From the NCBI GenBank assembly GCA_047495785.1, contig JBLDXI010000054.1:2418001-2482000 (forward strand): 64,000 nucleotides of DNA, read 5' to 3'. The notes below the pieces were generated by a model. The model was given only the letters and a program-made list of their open reading frames with translations. It did no database searches and was not told the DNA's origin. How positions within the stretch are numbered: position 1 is the first letter of the stretch; each line of letters begins with the position of its first letter. Shown one piece after another: positions 1 to 10,808 of this stretch. Made by a program: the position numbers and the translations under genes. The DNA comes from Lepidodermella squamata. Lineage: Eukaryota > Animalia > Gastrotricha.

Positions 1-2053
1 GCTTCTACTGAAATAATCCCACAAGAGAAGGACATCGAAGCATTCGATGCGAAACGCCTCGAGAAAGCCGATGTCGTGCAATTGGTAACAAACGCCGTGA
101 AAGACCTAACTGCCACCCTTTCAATCTCCCCCTCATTCGCTAAACTACTGCTGTACCTGCTATCGTGGGACAAGGCCGCTATTGTCTCTCGATTCACCTC
201 AAACCGCCTTAAATTCCTCGAAGAATGCCGGCTAAGACCTGACCAAAACGCCGCGAATCCGCAGATTTTGATGCAGAGCAAACAACCGTGCCCGGTCTGC
301 CTCGACCCGGCTACCCAGGGCCATTTAGACCCGGCCAACGACAGCTGTAACCACGCGTTCTGCGCAACATGTTGGGGCGAGCATTTTCGAATTCAAATGA
401 CGTCATCGGGGTCTATCGAGATCGAATGCATGGCCGATGGGTGCCGCGTCCTCATGCTTGAAGACTTCATTCTACGCCACTTGCCGAGCCAAAACGAACG
501 CAGCGAGTATTCAGATATAGTTTTCAAATCGCTATGCCGGCGAAATCCGATGCTGAGCCGATGCCCGGGTGGGAATTGTTCGGCTATCTACTCGACCTCG
601 GAAACGTCCGAGCGGTTGAATAACTCGAGTCTAGGTCGGGTTATCTGCGAGCTGTGCTCGACTAAATTTTGTTTTCGATGCTGTGCCGACTACCACGCGC
701 CGACTTCATGCCGCGATATCGCCATGTGGCTGCTGAAATGTCGCGACGAGTCAGAAACGCTGAACTACCTGCGTGCGAATACGAAGGACTGCCCGAAATG
801 TGCGGCGATTATTGAGAAGAACGGCGGGTGTAATCACATGAGTTGTACGCGGTGTAAGCACAACTTTTGCTGGGTGTGCCTCGGCGACTGGCAGGCGCAT
901 AACAATTCGTACGAGTGCAACCGTTACCGCCCGTCCGAGGCGACGGATGGCAATGTTGCGCGAGAGGCGCTACTGCGGTATTTGTTCTATTTCGAGCGCT
1001 GGGACAACCACTCGAGGTCGCTAGCGAAGGAGGCGGCGATGCTGGAGAGGATTGATAAGCGAATTGATGAGCTGATCAGTATGGGCGACCAGGGTACGTG
1101 GATCGACTGGCGGCCGGTTCGCGAGGCGACTGCGGGGCTGCTGCGGGCGCGCTACACTTTACAATACACCTACCCTCATGCATATCTTCTCAAGGTAAAA
1201 TTACAAAATTGACATTTTCAGTAGTTTCTAGCTTGAATTGTTTTAATTCGGTACAATTTTTCAAAATTTTCCAAGATTAGGGGCTTAGTTACTCAACTTC
1301 TCTAAAATATGGTTTATAGCTTTTAATCCTTTGAATCTCAATTTTCATCTGACCTAACCGATATATCCCATTATCATGCATCTTTTGCGCTATTACAAGT
1401 TACAGATTACAAGTTGGACTTCAGCCTACTTGGCCGATATCGATTTTTTAAATCAGTGATTTTTCCGATATCAGCAGTCTTGGAAGCCAACAATGAAAAA
1501 TATTTTACATACCTTATGGTACCAGGTAGCTAAAATATTTGAGAGAAGTATTTGAAACTTGAAAGAATGATCGGGAAAAGTTGGTGCTGGAGCCTCAATT
1601 TTATACGAAGACAAATTAGTTGGACCCTTATTTTTCACTAGTGGCTAGAATCGCTCTGCTAGGGATTTTAACTTTCCCTTATTTTTGGCCATTTTTCTTG
1701 CTGAATCCTAATTATTTAGTGGAATCCACCTTAATAGTGCTAATAATCAGCATTAAGTAGCCTTCGTAACTGGGAACTCCCATGCTTATTTTCTCTTTTT
1801 TATTGATCGAATATTTATTCGATTTATTGACCACATTTTATTAATTTTACATAATTTTACCCAGGATGACACTGTAAAGGCGCTATTCGAAAACAGTCAA
1901 GCTAGACTGGAACTCGAGGTCGAAAACCTGTCGCACTTGCTGGAGCGTTTCGATTTCGGAGACCGCGCTTCCATCGTCGCGAAAGCTACTATTGTCGAGA
2001 AACGGCGCGTGATATTACTGCAAGACTTCGCTCTTCCGTCTTCAGCGCAGTGA
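1..2053 (+). CDS. ARIH2: Ariadne-type RBR E3 ubiquitin ligase, 5'-truncated; exons <1-1194 and 1865-2053
   Basis: RING1-IBR-RING2 (CPKC..IEKNGGCNHMSC..C.H.FCWVC) and Ariadne domain. Donor caag|gtaaaa at 1194. Last exon DDTVKALFENSQARLELEVENLS..EKRRVILLQDF..TGA resembles the short ARIH2 C-terminus. Confidence 0.9.
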
Positions 2054-2657
2054 AAGCACTTTGATTCACGTTGAATCATTTGAAACATGAACGAAGTCTT
2101 TCTTTTACTGCAAATTTTCTTACACTTGAGATATATCAATAGTAATAATACTACGTTGACGATTGTTAAGGTGCTTTGTCGCGAATCTCGCCTGGAGAAA
2201 ATCAATAATTTCACCCAAAAAAAAACAGAAAATGTTATAGCTTGAATAACCCGGTTAAATGCATGCCGCTTATACTCTAGTTTGCTAATTTTCAAAACAC
2301 AAGCAATGTAAACCCGCGGAATTTTCCCCCGATTTTCTACGACATTTTTTTCTCGTCGCCTGTACCAAGTACAATTTGGCCCACCTTGACAATTTATATT
2401 ATAATGTATGATGCAACATACTTGTTATCTTTATTCCAGCAGATGTGAAACTTGACCTATCACTCTTTTAGAACGCGTGACAAAGATTTCGCTAGTCGCG
2501 ATCCGGAAAAATGAGAAATTTTCGTTGTTTTATTCTGGGTTAATTTTTTTAGATTTGCGATATTTATATCATTACTTGAGATGAAACTCGCTGGTATCAA
2601 TACTCATCAGGTTTGTTGTTTTAAAATATTTATCTAAAACTGGTTAAATGAAATGAA

Positions 2658-2714
2658 ATGATGATCATAGTTATCCCTGTCAGACACCAATTTGGTGATA
2701 TTTTTGGTATCTGA
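2658..2714 (+). ncRNA. Box C/D snoRNA copy 1 (snR38/SNORD1-like, single guide)
   Basis: C box ATGATGA, guide AGTTATCCCTGT, D' CAGA, D box CTGA, terminal stem tgaaa/tttca; 76 nt upstream of the acceptor at 2790. Confidence 0.85.
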
Positions 2715-2866
2715 TTTCAAATTCTTTGCTATAAGCTCATCAATTTTTTATTTTATTTTATTTTTTCGTAATTGATTTTCTCCTTTTCAGGTCATTATAT
2801 GCGCGAATGGTGATTTGAAACGTAAGGTAAATAACCGATTACATTTATAGTGAAAATAATTAGTTG

Positions 2867-2925
2867 ATGATGAACGTTATCCCTGTCTGTATGTCAAATC
2901 TGTAGACACAATTCCTCGTTTCTGA
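2867..2925 (+). ncRNA. Box C/D snoRNA copy 2 (double guide)
   Basis: ATGATGA-ac-GTTATCCCTGT-CTGT...AATTCCTCGTTT-CTGA; 75 nt to acceptor. Confidence 0.9.
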
Positions 2926-3117
2926 CATTATTTTATTGAATAGTTGTCTTATGAATGGATTTTTTTCTCGCATCAGCTTTAAATACTTGCTATTTTTCAG
3001 GGTTAATTCAATACGCTTCAATGGCTTCTCGAAAGCGGCCCTGCTAAAACCACAGCTAATAGAAGGTAAGTAATGTCCTTGTTTGGTCTGAACTCTGAAC
3101 AGCTCTCAAACCGTTTT

Positions 3118-3173
3118 ATGATGAACGTTATCCCTGTCTGTAAATTCATGGAGACACAATTCCTCGTTTCTGA
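3118..3173 (+). ncRNA. Box C/D snoRNA copy 3 (double guide)
   Basis: Same boxes and guides; 73 nt to acceptor. Confidence 0.9.
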
Positions 3174-3337
3174 TTTCTCGATTTAACGTCGAATTCATGA
3201 ACCTTGCACTAACTCATCGGCTAATTTATTTATTTCTTTTACCCAGAAATGCGAAGATGGCTGACTGGCTGATGGCTACAATTTATAAATCGAGTGGTGA
3301 GTTATAGCCAATTTTTATTAGTTTACGATAGAATTCG

Positions 3338-3394
3338 ATGATGAGCGTTATCCCTGTCTGTATAACATCTGTAGACACAATTCCTCGTTTCTGA
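3338..3394 (+). ncRNA. Box C/D snoRNA copy 4 (double guide)
   Basis: Same boxes and guides; 69 nt to acceptor. Confidence 0.9.
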
Positions 3395-3666
3395 TGTTTC
3401 TATCCACCTCAATATTTTGAAAAAAATATGCGGGTTCATTAATTTGAAAATATGCTGTTTCAGGTATTGTTCGATAGCATTTCGCTGCTGGCAGAAGTTG
3501 GAGATTTCTATAATTTGTCCACTAATGATTCATTATTTCCTTGATTGCTAAGTTTTAATTTGTGAATTTCAGATTTGGAAACCTCGTTTTTATCTCGAAC
3601 TCGTTATCGCCAGCTCTTGAAAGGTAATAAAATATCATGGTTTTCTCGTCCCTTCATTTTTCGATA

Positions 3667-3723
3667 GTGATGAGCGTTATCCCTGTCTGTATAAAATCTG
3701 TAGACACAATTCCTCGTTTCTGA
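3667..3723 (+). ncRNA. Box C/D snoRNA copy 5 (double guide)
   Basis: C box GTGATGA, both guides, CTGA; 77 nt to acceptor. Confidence 0.9.
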
Positions 3724-3909
3724 ATTTGGATATTTCTATTATTCCTCCACTTATGATTTTATAGCTTCCGGAGCTATAAATTTAATTTTTTTTATTTCAG
3801 ATTTGGAGCCTCTCAAACTTCAAATCCCTCTGTCCTCTTGAACTGGCTGTCCCGGCTATTGAGAGGTAGTTGAATTCAGTGTTGCTCGTGAAACCGTGAA
3901 GCTTTGATA

Positions 3910-3968
3910 ATGATGAGCGTTATCCCTGTCTGTATCTAAAATCTGTAGACACAATTCCTCGTTTCTGA
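3910..3968 (+). ncRNA. Box C/D snoRNA copy 6 (double guide)
   Basis: Same boxes and guides; 72 nt to acceptor. Confidence 0.9.
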
Positions 3969-4135
3969 TACTTATAGCTCAATATTGCTCTGATATCTGA
4001 TCTACATTTGCCTAATCCAAATATTTACCCCATTTTTCAGGGCATGTGCGGTGGTTTTGCGGTGGGAAGTCCAGTTCAACGTTTGAATGAAAGGTGAGTC
4101 TGAATTCTGAAATGGCAGACCTATTACGTATTTAA

Positions 4136-4192
4136 ATGATGAACGTTATCCCTGTCTGTATGTCAAATCTGTAGACAACTCTGTAATTCTGA
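4136..4192 (+). ncRNA. Box C/D snoRNA copy 7 (28S guide intact, D-box guide replaced)
   Basis: GTTATCCCTGT retained; D guide reads ACAACTCTGTAATT before CTGA; 77 nt to acceptor. Confidence 0.85.
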
Positions 4193-4369
4193 ATTCTAAC
4201 TAGCACCAAAATTCAAAAATCAATTTCTTAACGGCAACTTTCTTTAATGGGCGATTTTTTCCATTTCAGAAATTGCGCGCTTTTCTGGAGGCAAGAGCAT
4301 GGTCGAGCCTATTTCTGTCGATTACAAGGTGATTTTCTTAACAGTATTTATGGCTTTTAACTTTCTTAG

Positions 4370-4426
4370 ATGATGAGCGTTATCCCTGTCTGTATCAAAT
4401 CTGTAGACACAATTCCTCGTTTCTGA
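4370..4426 (+). ncRNA. Box C/D snoRNA copy 8 (double guide)
   Basis: Same boxes and guides; 75 nt to acceptor. Confidence 0.9.
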
Positions 4427-4589
4427 AGAAATTAAAAAAGATCAGGCTAAATCATTTTCTATTTATAACCTATCTTATGAATGGTTTCATTTCGTTTTCA
4501 GAATCTTCCAGCAGCAGCGAAATCAACTCGGCCAAATGTGCTAAAAGAGGTGAGTAACATCTTCAGATTTTCCCCTGGGCTTTCTGATC

Positions 4590-4645
4590 ATGATGAGCGT
4601 TATCCCTGTCAGTACAACCATGTTGACAAAATTCCTCGTTTCTGA
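4590..4645 (+). ncRNA. Box C/D snoRNA copy 9 (double guide)
   Basis: Both guides; D'/C' region GTCAGTA..TGTTGAC shows a compensatory change relative to GTCTGTA..TGTAGAC; 75 nt to acceptor. Confidence 0.9.
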
Positions 4646-4837
4646 TGTTCCTCTTATCAAAAAATTATTAATATTTATTTTCATTTTGAGATTAAATTTC
4701 ATTTTGGGTTCGTTTTTCAGAAGCAAACTGTAACCACTGAGCCATTCAGCCGCTACAAAATCGAACCGGGAAATATCGAGACTTGGCTGCTGTCTTGTTA
4801 GGTAAGCACGATTCATACCCAATCAGCCATAAATTTG

Positions 4838-4893
4838 GTGATGATAGTTTTGTAGATCTGTAAATTCATGGAGACAAAATTCCTCGTTTCTGA
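4838..4893 (+). ncRNA. Box C/D snoRNA copy 10 (18S guide intact, D' guide replaced)
   Basis: GTGATGA-TAGTTTTGTAGAT-CTGT...AATTCCTCGTTT-CTGA; 78 nt to acceptor. Confidence 0.85.
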
Positions 4894-5076
4894 AAAGAAT
4901 TTCTCCCTATACTTTGTTACTCGGATTAATTTTTGGGATCTTTGGTAATCAGAATTATTTTTGTTTTTCAGTTCTGGTTTCGAATTATCTGATTCACGGC
5001 TGGATCGAATCGGCGTGAAAAGTCAGGACAATGTGAGTTATTTTAGGCGTTTTTGTTTGGGTTTAGTTCTCGCCAT

Positions 5077-5133
5077 ATGATGAGCGTTATCCCTGTCTGT
5101 ATAAATTCTGTAGACACAATTCCTCGTTTCTGA
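5077..5133 (+). ncRNA. Box C/D snoRNA copy 11 (double guide)
   Basis: Same boxes and guides; 77 nt to acceptor. Confidence 0.9.
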
Positions 5134-5321
5134 AGTTGAAGATATCTATTTTTCTCCCACTTTAAGATTTACCATATTCTGGAGCTACACATTTTTATTT
5201 TGCATTTCAGATTTGGAAGCCTCTCGAACTTTTCCCTGTTTCCTCGTGAACTCGTTGTCCCAGCTGTTGAGAGGTAATTGAATTTCTATTCTTTTCTCGT
5301 GATCCCTTGAAATTTTCGATA

Positions 5322-5380
5322 ATGATGAGCGTTATCCCTGTCTGTATCTAAAATCTGTAGACACAATTCCTCGTTTCTGA
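5322..5380 (+). ncRNA. Box C/D snoRNA copy 12 (double guide)
   Basis: Same boxes and guides; 76 nt to acceptor. Confidence 0.9.
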
Positions 5381-5540
5381 GTAAAAATCTTTTGATATAG
5401 TGGAGTCTAGAATTGAGCTTTTTCAATAATTTTTCATCAAATTCTCGATTTTTCAGGTTCTCATACTACAAAGCTACGAATTGCGGCACAAATTTGATGT
5501 AAGTTTTTATGAATTATTTAAGATTTCTTCGTCCAAGTTG

Positions 5541-5596
5541 ATGATGAACGTTATCCCTGTCTGTAAATTCATGGAGACAAAATTCCTCGTTTCTGA
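5541..5596 (+). ncRNA. Box C/D snoRNA copy 13 (double guide)
   Basis: Same boxes and guides; 85 nt to acceptor. Confidence 0.9.
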
Positions 5597-5781
5597 TAAA
5601 CAATGACCATAGCTTTCTTCCATCAAACTGATTTCAGATGTTATCGTATTCTTCATGACTAAATTTTTGTAATTTTTGCAGGCGTTTCAATTCGAGTTTA
5701 ACCGAGAAGACGCTGTGCTACGTAACCGTCCCCTAAAATCGTAAGTTGATCGAATAGTTTTCAAGCTGTTCTGTGCGATCT

Positions 5782-5839
5782 ATGATGAACGTTATCCCTG
5801 TCTGTATGAAAATCTGTAGACACAATTCCTCGTTTCTGA
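5782..5839 (+). ncRNA. Box C/D snoRNA copy 14 (double guide)
   Basis: Same boxes and guides; 75 nt to acceptor. Confidence 0.9.
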
Positions 5840-6001
5840 ATATTTTCGAAATCCAACTTATTTCATGGATTATCATGGAATTATTTTTGTTAATCGAATT
5901 TTATTTTTTTGCAGAACGATCGAACATTGTTGCAGACCGTCGATGCGGTATTAGACAAAGGTGATTTTTTTGCCTCTCAATTTGCCCTAGTCATAGATTT
6001 C

Positions 6002-6060
6002 ATGATGAACGTTATCCCTGTCTGTATCTAAAATCTGTAGACAAAATTCCTCGTTTCTGA
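6002..6060 (+). ncRNA. Box C/D snoRNA copy 15 (double guide)
   Basis: Same boxes and guides; 68 nt to acceptor. Confidence 0.9.
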
Positions 6061-6325
6061 TGTTTCTATCCACCTTAATATTTTGAAAAAGGTACGCGGG
6101 ATTGTTAATTAGAAAAATTATTTTTCAGGTATTGTTCGGTAGCATTTCGCTGCTGGCTGGAGGAGGCCGCCAATGTCACAACGTGTTCTGATGGCCCAGG
6201 TTACGATTTTTAAGATGGAATACTCGCATTATGTTTTTGCTGATATCATGTTTCGGCACTGCTAAATTTGAGTCGAAAAATTTAATTTCTAGATTTATTT
6301 TTTGGAAAATAATTGAAACTTGACA

Positions 6326-8553
6326 ATGGCGTCAGTCGTTCCTCACCTTGCCTCGCCGAACTTGTCGGGCGAAAAAATTCGCAAATTGAACGATATCGCG
6401 TACCACATTCGTATCCACTCGATTCGATGCACAACCGCCGCCGGCTCTGGCCACCCTACCTCATCGGCCTCGATTGCCGACCTCCTATCGGTCCTGTTCT
6501 TCGACACGATGGTCTACTCGCAGCAGGACCCTAGCAACCCGGCTGCTGATCGTTTCATCCTATCGAAGGGCCACGCGTGCCCGGCGTTGTACGGCGCCTG
6601 GGTTGAGGCCGGGTTCTACCCGGAGTCGGAGCTGGACAAAGTTCGATCGTTCGGATCTGACCTCGAGGGCCACCCGACCCCGCGTCTTCGTGAAATCGAT
6701 GTAGCCACCGGGTCACTGGGACAGGGTCTTTCGGTAGCCGCTGGTATGGCCTATGTTGGAAAGTACCTGGACAAAGCGCCTTACAAGGTATTTATTATAG
6801 ATCTTTATCTATTTATTGAATATTTTTCAAGAAATCCTGCTTAAAAATCTAAAAATTGAATAATTATTGCCCCTTGAAATTAATTCAATATTTTTTTCAG
6901 GTCTTTTGCATCATTGGTGACGGTGAGTCTCAAGAGGGCTCAATCTGGGAGGCCCTCTCCTTTGCCAGCTTCTACAAACTCGACAATTTGGTGCCTATTT
7001 TCGACGTGAACCGCCTCGGCCAGTCCGACCCGACCATGCTGCAACACAACATGGACGCCTACCGCGCCCGAGTCGAGTCGTTCGGCTGGCGGGCTTTCAT
7101 CGTTGACGGCCACGATGTCGTCTCAATCTGCAGCGCCCTGCGCGAGGCCCGCAACGGCGGCATCCCGACTTGCATCCTCGCGAAAACGTTCAAGGGCCAC
7201 GGCATCCCCGATATCGAAGATGTTCTGAACTGGCACGGCAAGCCGCTGGCTAAAGACCAGGCGCATAAGGCCATCGAATTTTTGAAGTACCGCATGTCCT
7301 CGGCCGAGGCTGCTCCGTCGGGCTCGCACGGCCTGGTCGCCACCGCCCCGACCTGGACCGTCCCGCCGCCGGTTGATTTCCCCCATTTGACCCTGTCCGA
7401 GGCCCCGAGTTACAAACTGGGCGATAAAGTCGCGAGCCGTAACGCTTACGGAACCGCCTTAATCAAACTAGGCACTGCCTCTGACCGCGTCATGGTCTTT
7501 GACGCTGATGTCAAAAATTCGACGATGACTATCGGATTCAAGAACAAATTCCCAACCCGTTTTGTCGAGTGCTTCATCGCTGAGCAGAATTTGATCGGAG
7601 CGGCTATGGGTGCTGCGTGCCGCAACCGAGCTGTTGTCTTCGCCGGGACATTCGCGTGCTTCCTGACCCGTGCTTTCGACCAGTTGCGCATGGGCTGCAT
7701 CTCCCAGACGAATTTGAACGTCATGGGCTCGCACGCTGGTGTTTCGATCGGGGCGGATGGCCCGAGCCAAATGGCTCTCGAGGATATCGCCATGTTCCGA
7801 TCCCTGCCTACCTGCACTGTTTTCTACCCATCCGACGCTGTTTCGACCGAACGAGCGGTTGAGCTGGCCGCCCAGACTAAGGGCTTGACGTTCATCCGAA
7901 CCACCCGAGGCGCTACCCCGGTTATCTACAAGAACGACGAGCCGTTCCATGTTGGCCAGGCGAAGGTTGTTCGCCACAGCGCGGGTGCTAAGTGCGTGGT
8001 GATTGGCGCCGGTGTCACTCTGGTCGAGGCGCTCAAGGCCGCGGATGAGTTGGCGAAATCTGGCATCGAAACAACGGTTATTGATCCGTTTACGATTAAG
8101 CCGATCGACGTTAAGACGATTGGTGATGCTGTTAAGGCGGCTGGCGGCCGTTTGGTTGTTGTCGAAGACCATTACGCTCAAGGTGAGACTAATTTATTAT
8201 ATTCGATTTTTTGAAATTTTGAAATTCAGAACATTTATAATTATAATTTAAAAAATTTGAAAAAATTCAATTTATATTTTGGTAATTTCTTAAATTTTTT
8301 TCTAATAATTTTATTCGTTTTTGTAAAATCCCTCCTTAATTTTAAATTTTTTCCTAATTTTTAAGGTGGCATCGGCGAGGCTGTTTTGTCAGCTTTGACG
8401 TTCGAAACTTCGCCGCCTGTTCAAATCACGGCTGTTCAACACCTGGCCGTCCGCGAGGTGCCGCATTCCGGCCCTGAGGAGACGATTCTCGCGCATTACG
8501 GCATCGATTCCGGTGCTATCATTGCCGCGGTCAAGAAAGTTGTTGCCGCTTGA
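6326..8553 (+). CDS. TKT: Transketolase, paralog 1; exons 6326-6787, 6901-8182, 8366-8553
   Basis: [42 protein letters not shown] motif, [26 protein letters not shown]; canonical splice sites give a continuous animal-type TKT. Confidence 0.95.
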
Positions 8554-9625
8554 AGCGAAAAAATATATTGGACTTGAAGCGAGAAAACTTGCGCAAGGGT
8601 GTTAGACTAATTTTTGTTGAAGCTTCATCACCTTTAGTTTGCTACCTAAATCGCATTAAGCCATGACGCCTGTTTCAGGCTCCGTAATTAGAGATCTGAT
8701 TACTACTATATAGGAAATGTCAGTTATAATTTGAGTTTTCTCGTCGAAAAATTGTGATTAATTAATTGCGGGCAGGTTATATCATAGTCAAAATCGTTTA
8801 AAGATACTCGTTAATTTTTCCAGAATTCTGCTTTTGTTGTGCTTCTCATGATTTTAAGGTGGTTGACGGCTCTTGAAAAAAACGAACCCGTGTGATTGCG
8901 AGTTTTTGTATCTAGCTTCGAAACTAGCCATATATAGCCTAATCAATTGATGGTTCTTGATGATTATCATTATTTCTAACTGGTGATGAACTGGGTTATT
9001 ATGCCTGTCTTCTTGCTCGTCTCGCTTAGCGAATAAATATTAACCTTTTTTTGTCTCAAGGATCTTTCCTCGCGGTTTTTACTGGGCTTCATCAGGTTAA
9101 AAACCTATATTTTTGCTGTTAAAAAAATGATTGATTATTATTACCATTATTATTCACCTTTCGAAAGTAAAATTGTATTTATTGCGTGAAGTGAAAGCGA
9201 TAGTTTTTGAGTGACATTAAAACCGTTGCATGCCAATAAAACACCATTATTAACAAGTCGGAATAAAGAGGATTTAGCCGTATCTGTGGAAAACAGAATA
9301 AAACAGAAAATGATGATTTTTAGGGTGGATTTTTTATTTATTTTCTAGGTTATAATTATTCGTGGCATTAGAAGAATATGCTGCTGTTGAAATCGCGCTG
9401 AAAGTCGTGCCAAAAGCTTAATGGGCCAATTTTATCCGAAATTGACTCGGGAAATGGAGGTGAGGCGTTATCTCGAAACGCTGCCGCAAGACGGTGATAT
9501 CACGCCATGATATCTGAAATGTAATAATGCCGTCTAGCGCTAATAATTTCTTATCATTTCACTACCAGTACCTGCTACCACTACTATGGTATTTTTCAAT
9601 TTTTCCTTGAAGCGTATTAAATTTT

Positions 9626-10098
9626 GGGTGTTGCTATTGGCACATAATTATGTGCCTCTTATTGGCTATTGGCACATAAATTATGTGCCCCTTAATGGCT
9701 ATTGGCACATGACGCTAATTTAAAATTTCGATGTTTTAGAAAATCACGCATCGAATTGTTCCAAGAGTATTGATACCAGGGTTTTCGTCAACGGGGAATC
9801 GAATGGCGATGTCGAAATTGCAGTTAAGGGCCCGCAAATTGGGGTATCCGTCATCTAATGGGTAGCCCAAGTAGAGTATCTGAGGTCTGTCGCACAGCTA
9901 CGTAAAATCCGACGATTCCAGTGAATTCGCCAGCCCTAGATTGCTAATTCAAAGTTGAAATGCAGGTATCTAGGAATTGAACTCCCGAAAAAAGCAGTTG
10001 AAAGCAAAATTTTATGTGCCAATAGCCATTAAGGGGCACATAATGTATGTGCCAATAGCCAATAAGAGGCACATAATTATGTGCCAATAGCCACACCG
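9626..10098. mobile_element. Mutator-like MITE
   Basis: ~85-bp TIRs built of GCTATTGGCACATA subrepeats (gggtgttgctattggcac... / ...gtgccaatagccacaccg), flanked by the 9-bp direct repeat TTAAATTTT (9617-9625, 10099-10107). Confidence 0.85.
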
Positions 10099-10808
10099 TT
10101 AAATTTTTTACTAATTTTCTTCGGTGTATTTCAGAACAAGTACGAAAATGCGTTCTTTGATTATCTTGACCTTAATTTCAAAGCTAATGGAGCGTTTAAA
10201 AAAGCTTGCGGTCACACATCATGCTTTGATGTAGAATTTCACTGCGATAGAATTAGTCGGCTAGATTTGCTGTTTATTGAACCCGACTCGAAAAAACACG
10301 CTGTATACCTCTTCATATATTATGTATATTATGTAGGTGTGGATTTTTTACCGCAAGCATAGGTAGTACTTCTATGCTTTCACCTGCGTGTAGTATGTAA
10401 GTAAATGCGTAAAATGCATGCCGGCTTCTATTGACGTTTATTTTTTCGCCCCACTTCGGACACGAATATCGCAAATACGGCAGCTTTTGTTTTCGTATCT
10501 CGCCATAAGACAACTTTTGAATTCTCTTTCAGGATTTGTTCACTACCTTGGAAAATTGACCTTTTTTATAAATAGGTTGATTTATACCTGTTTTAACCTG
10601 TTCATTCCTGCGTGCGCTTGGTAAAATTTTCCTCTAAGCAATTTTTTAAGGTGGAATTTTTATTTAATTTTTTTATGCTATTTTCACATATAACCATAGG
10701 ATACTCTTTGGCTAGCCATACAGAATTCCTTCATAGTAGACCCGAAACTTTAATTATATATTTTTTTTAGATTTAATTTATCGTTTTATTCCGGTTATAT
10801 CGTAAAAA

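Larger units (their letters stand above)
2460..6199 (+). ncRNA. Multi-exon non-coding snoRNA host transcript (UHG/GAS5-like organisation); may continue as 5' leader or upstream cistron of transketolase 1
   Basis: About 17 short exons (e.g. 2791-2826, 3001-3065, 3247-3296, 3573-3623, 3801-3865, 4041-4093, 4270-4328, 4502-4549, 4721-4801, 4972-5032, 5211-5273, 5457-5498, 5682-5740, 5915-5960, 6129-6199) bounded by GT donors and polypyrimidine-CAG acceptors, with no recognisable protein. The 5' end is uncertain. Confidence 0.8.

Noticed and set aside
4175-4188. Copy-7 guide targeting the U6 ACAGAGA box
   Set aside because: Only about 7 nt of complementarity (UACAGAG), too short for a C/D guide.
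2658-6060. CRISPR-like or satellite reading of the regularly spaced repeat
   Set aside because: Eukaryotic context, ~180-nt spacers containing splice sites, no cas genes; the repeats carry C/D boxes and rRNA antisense elements.
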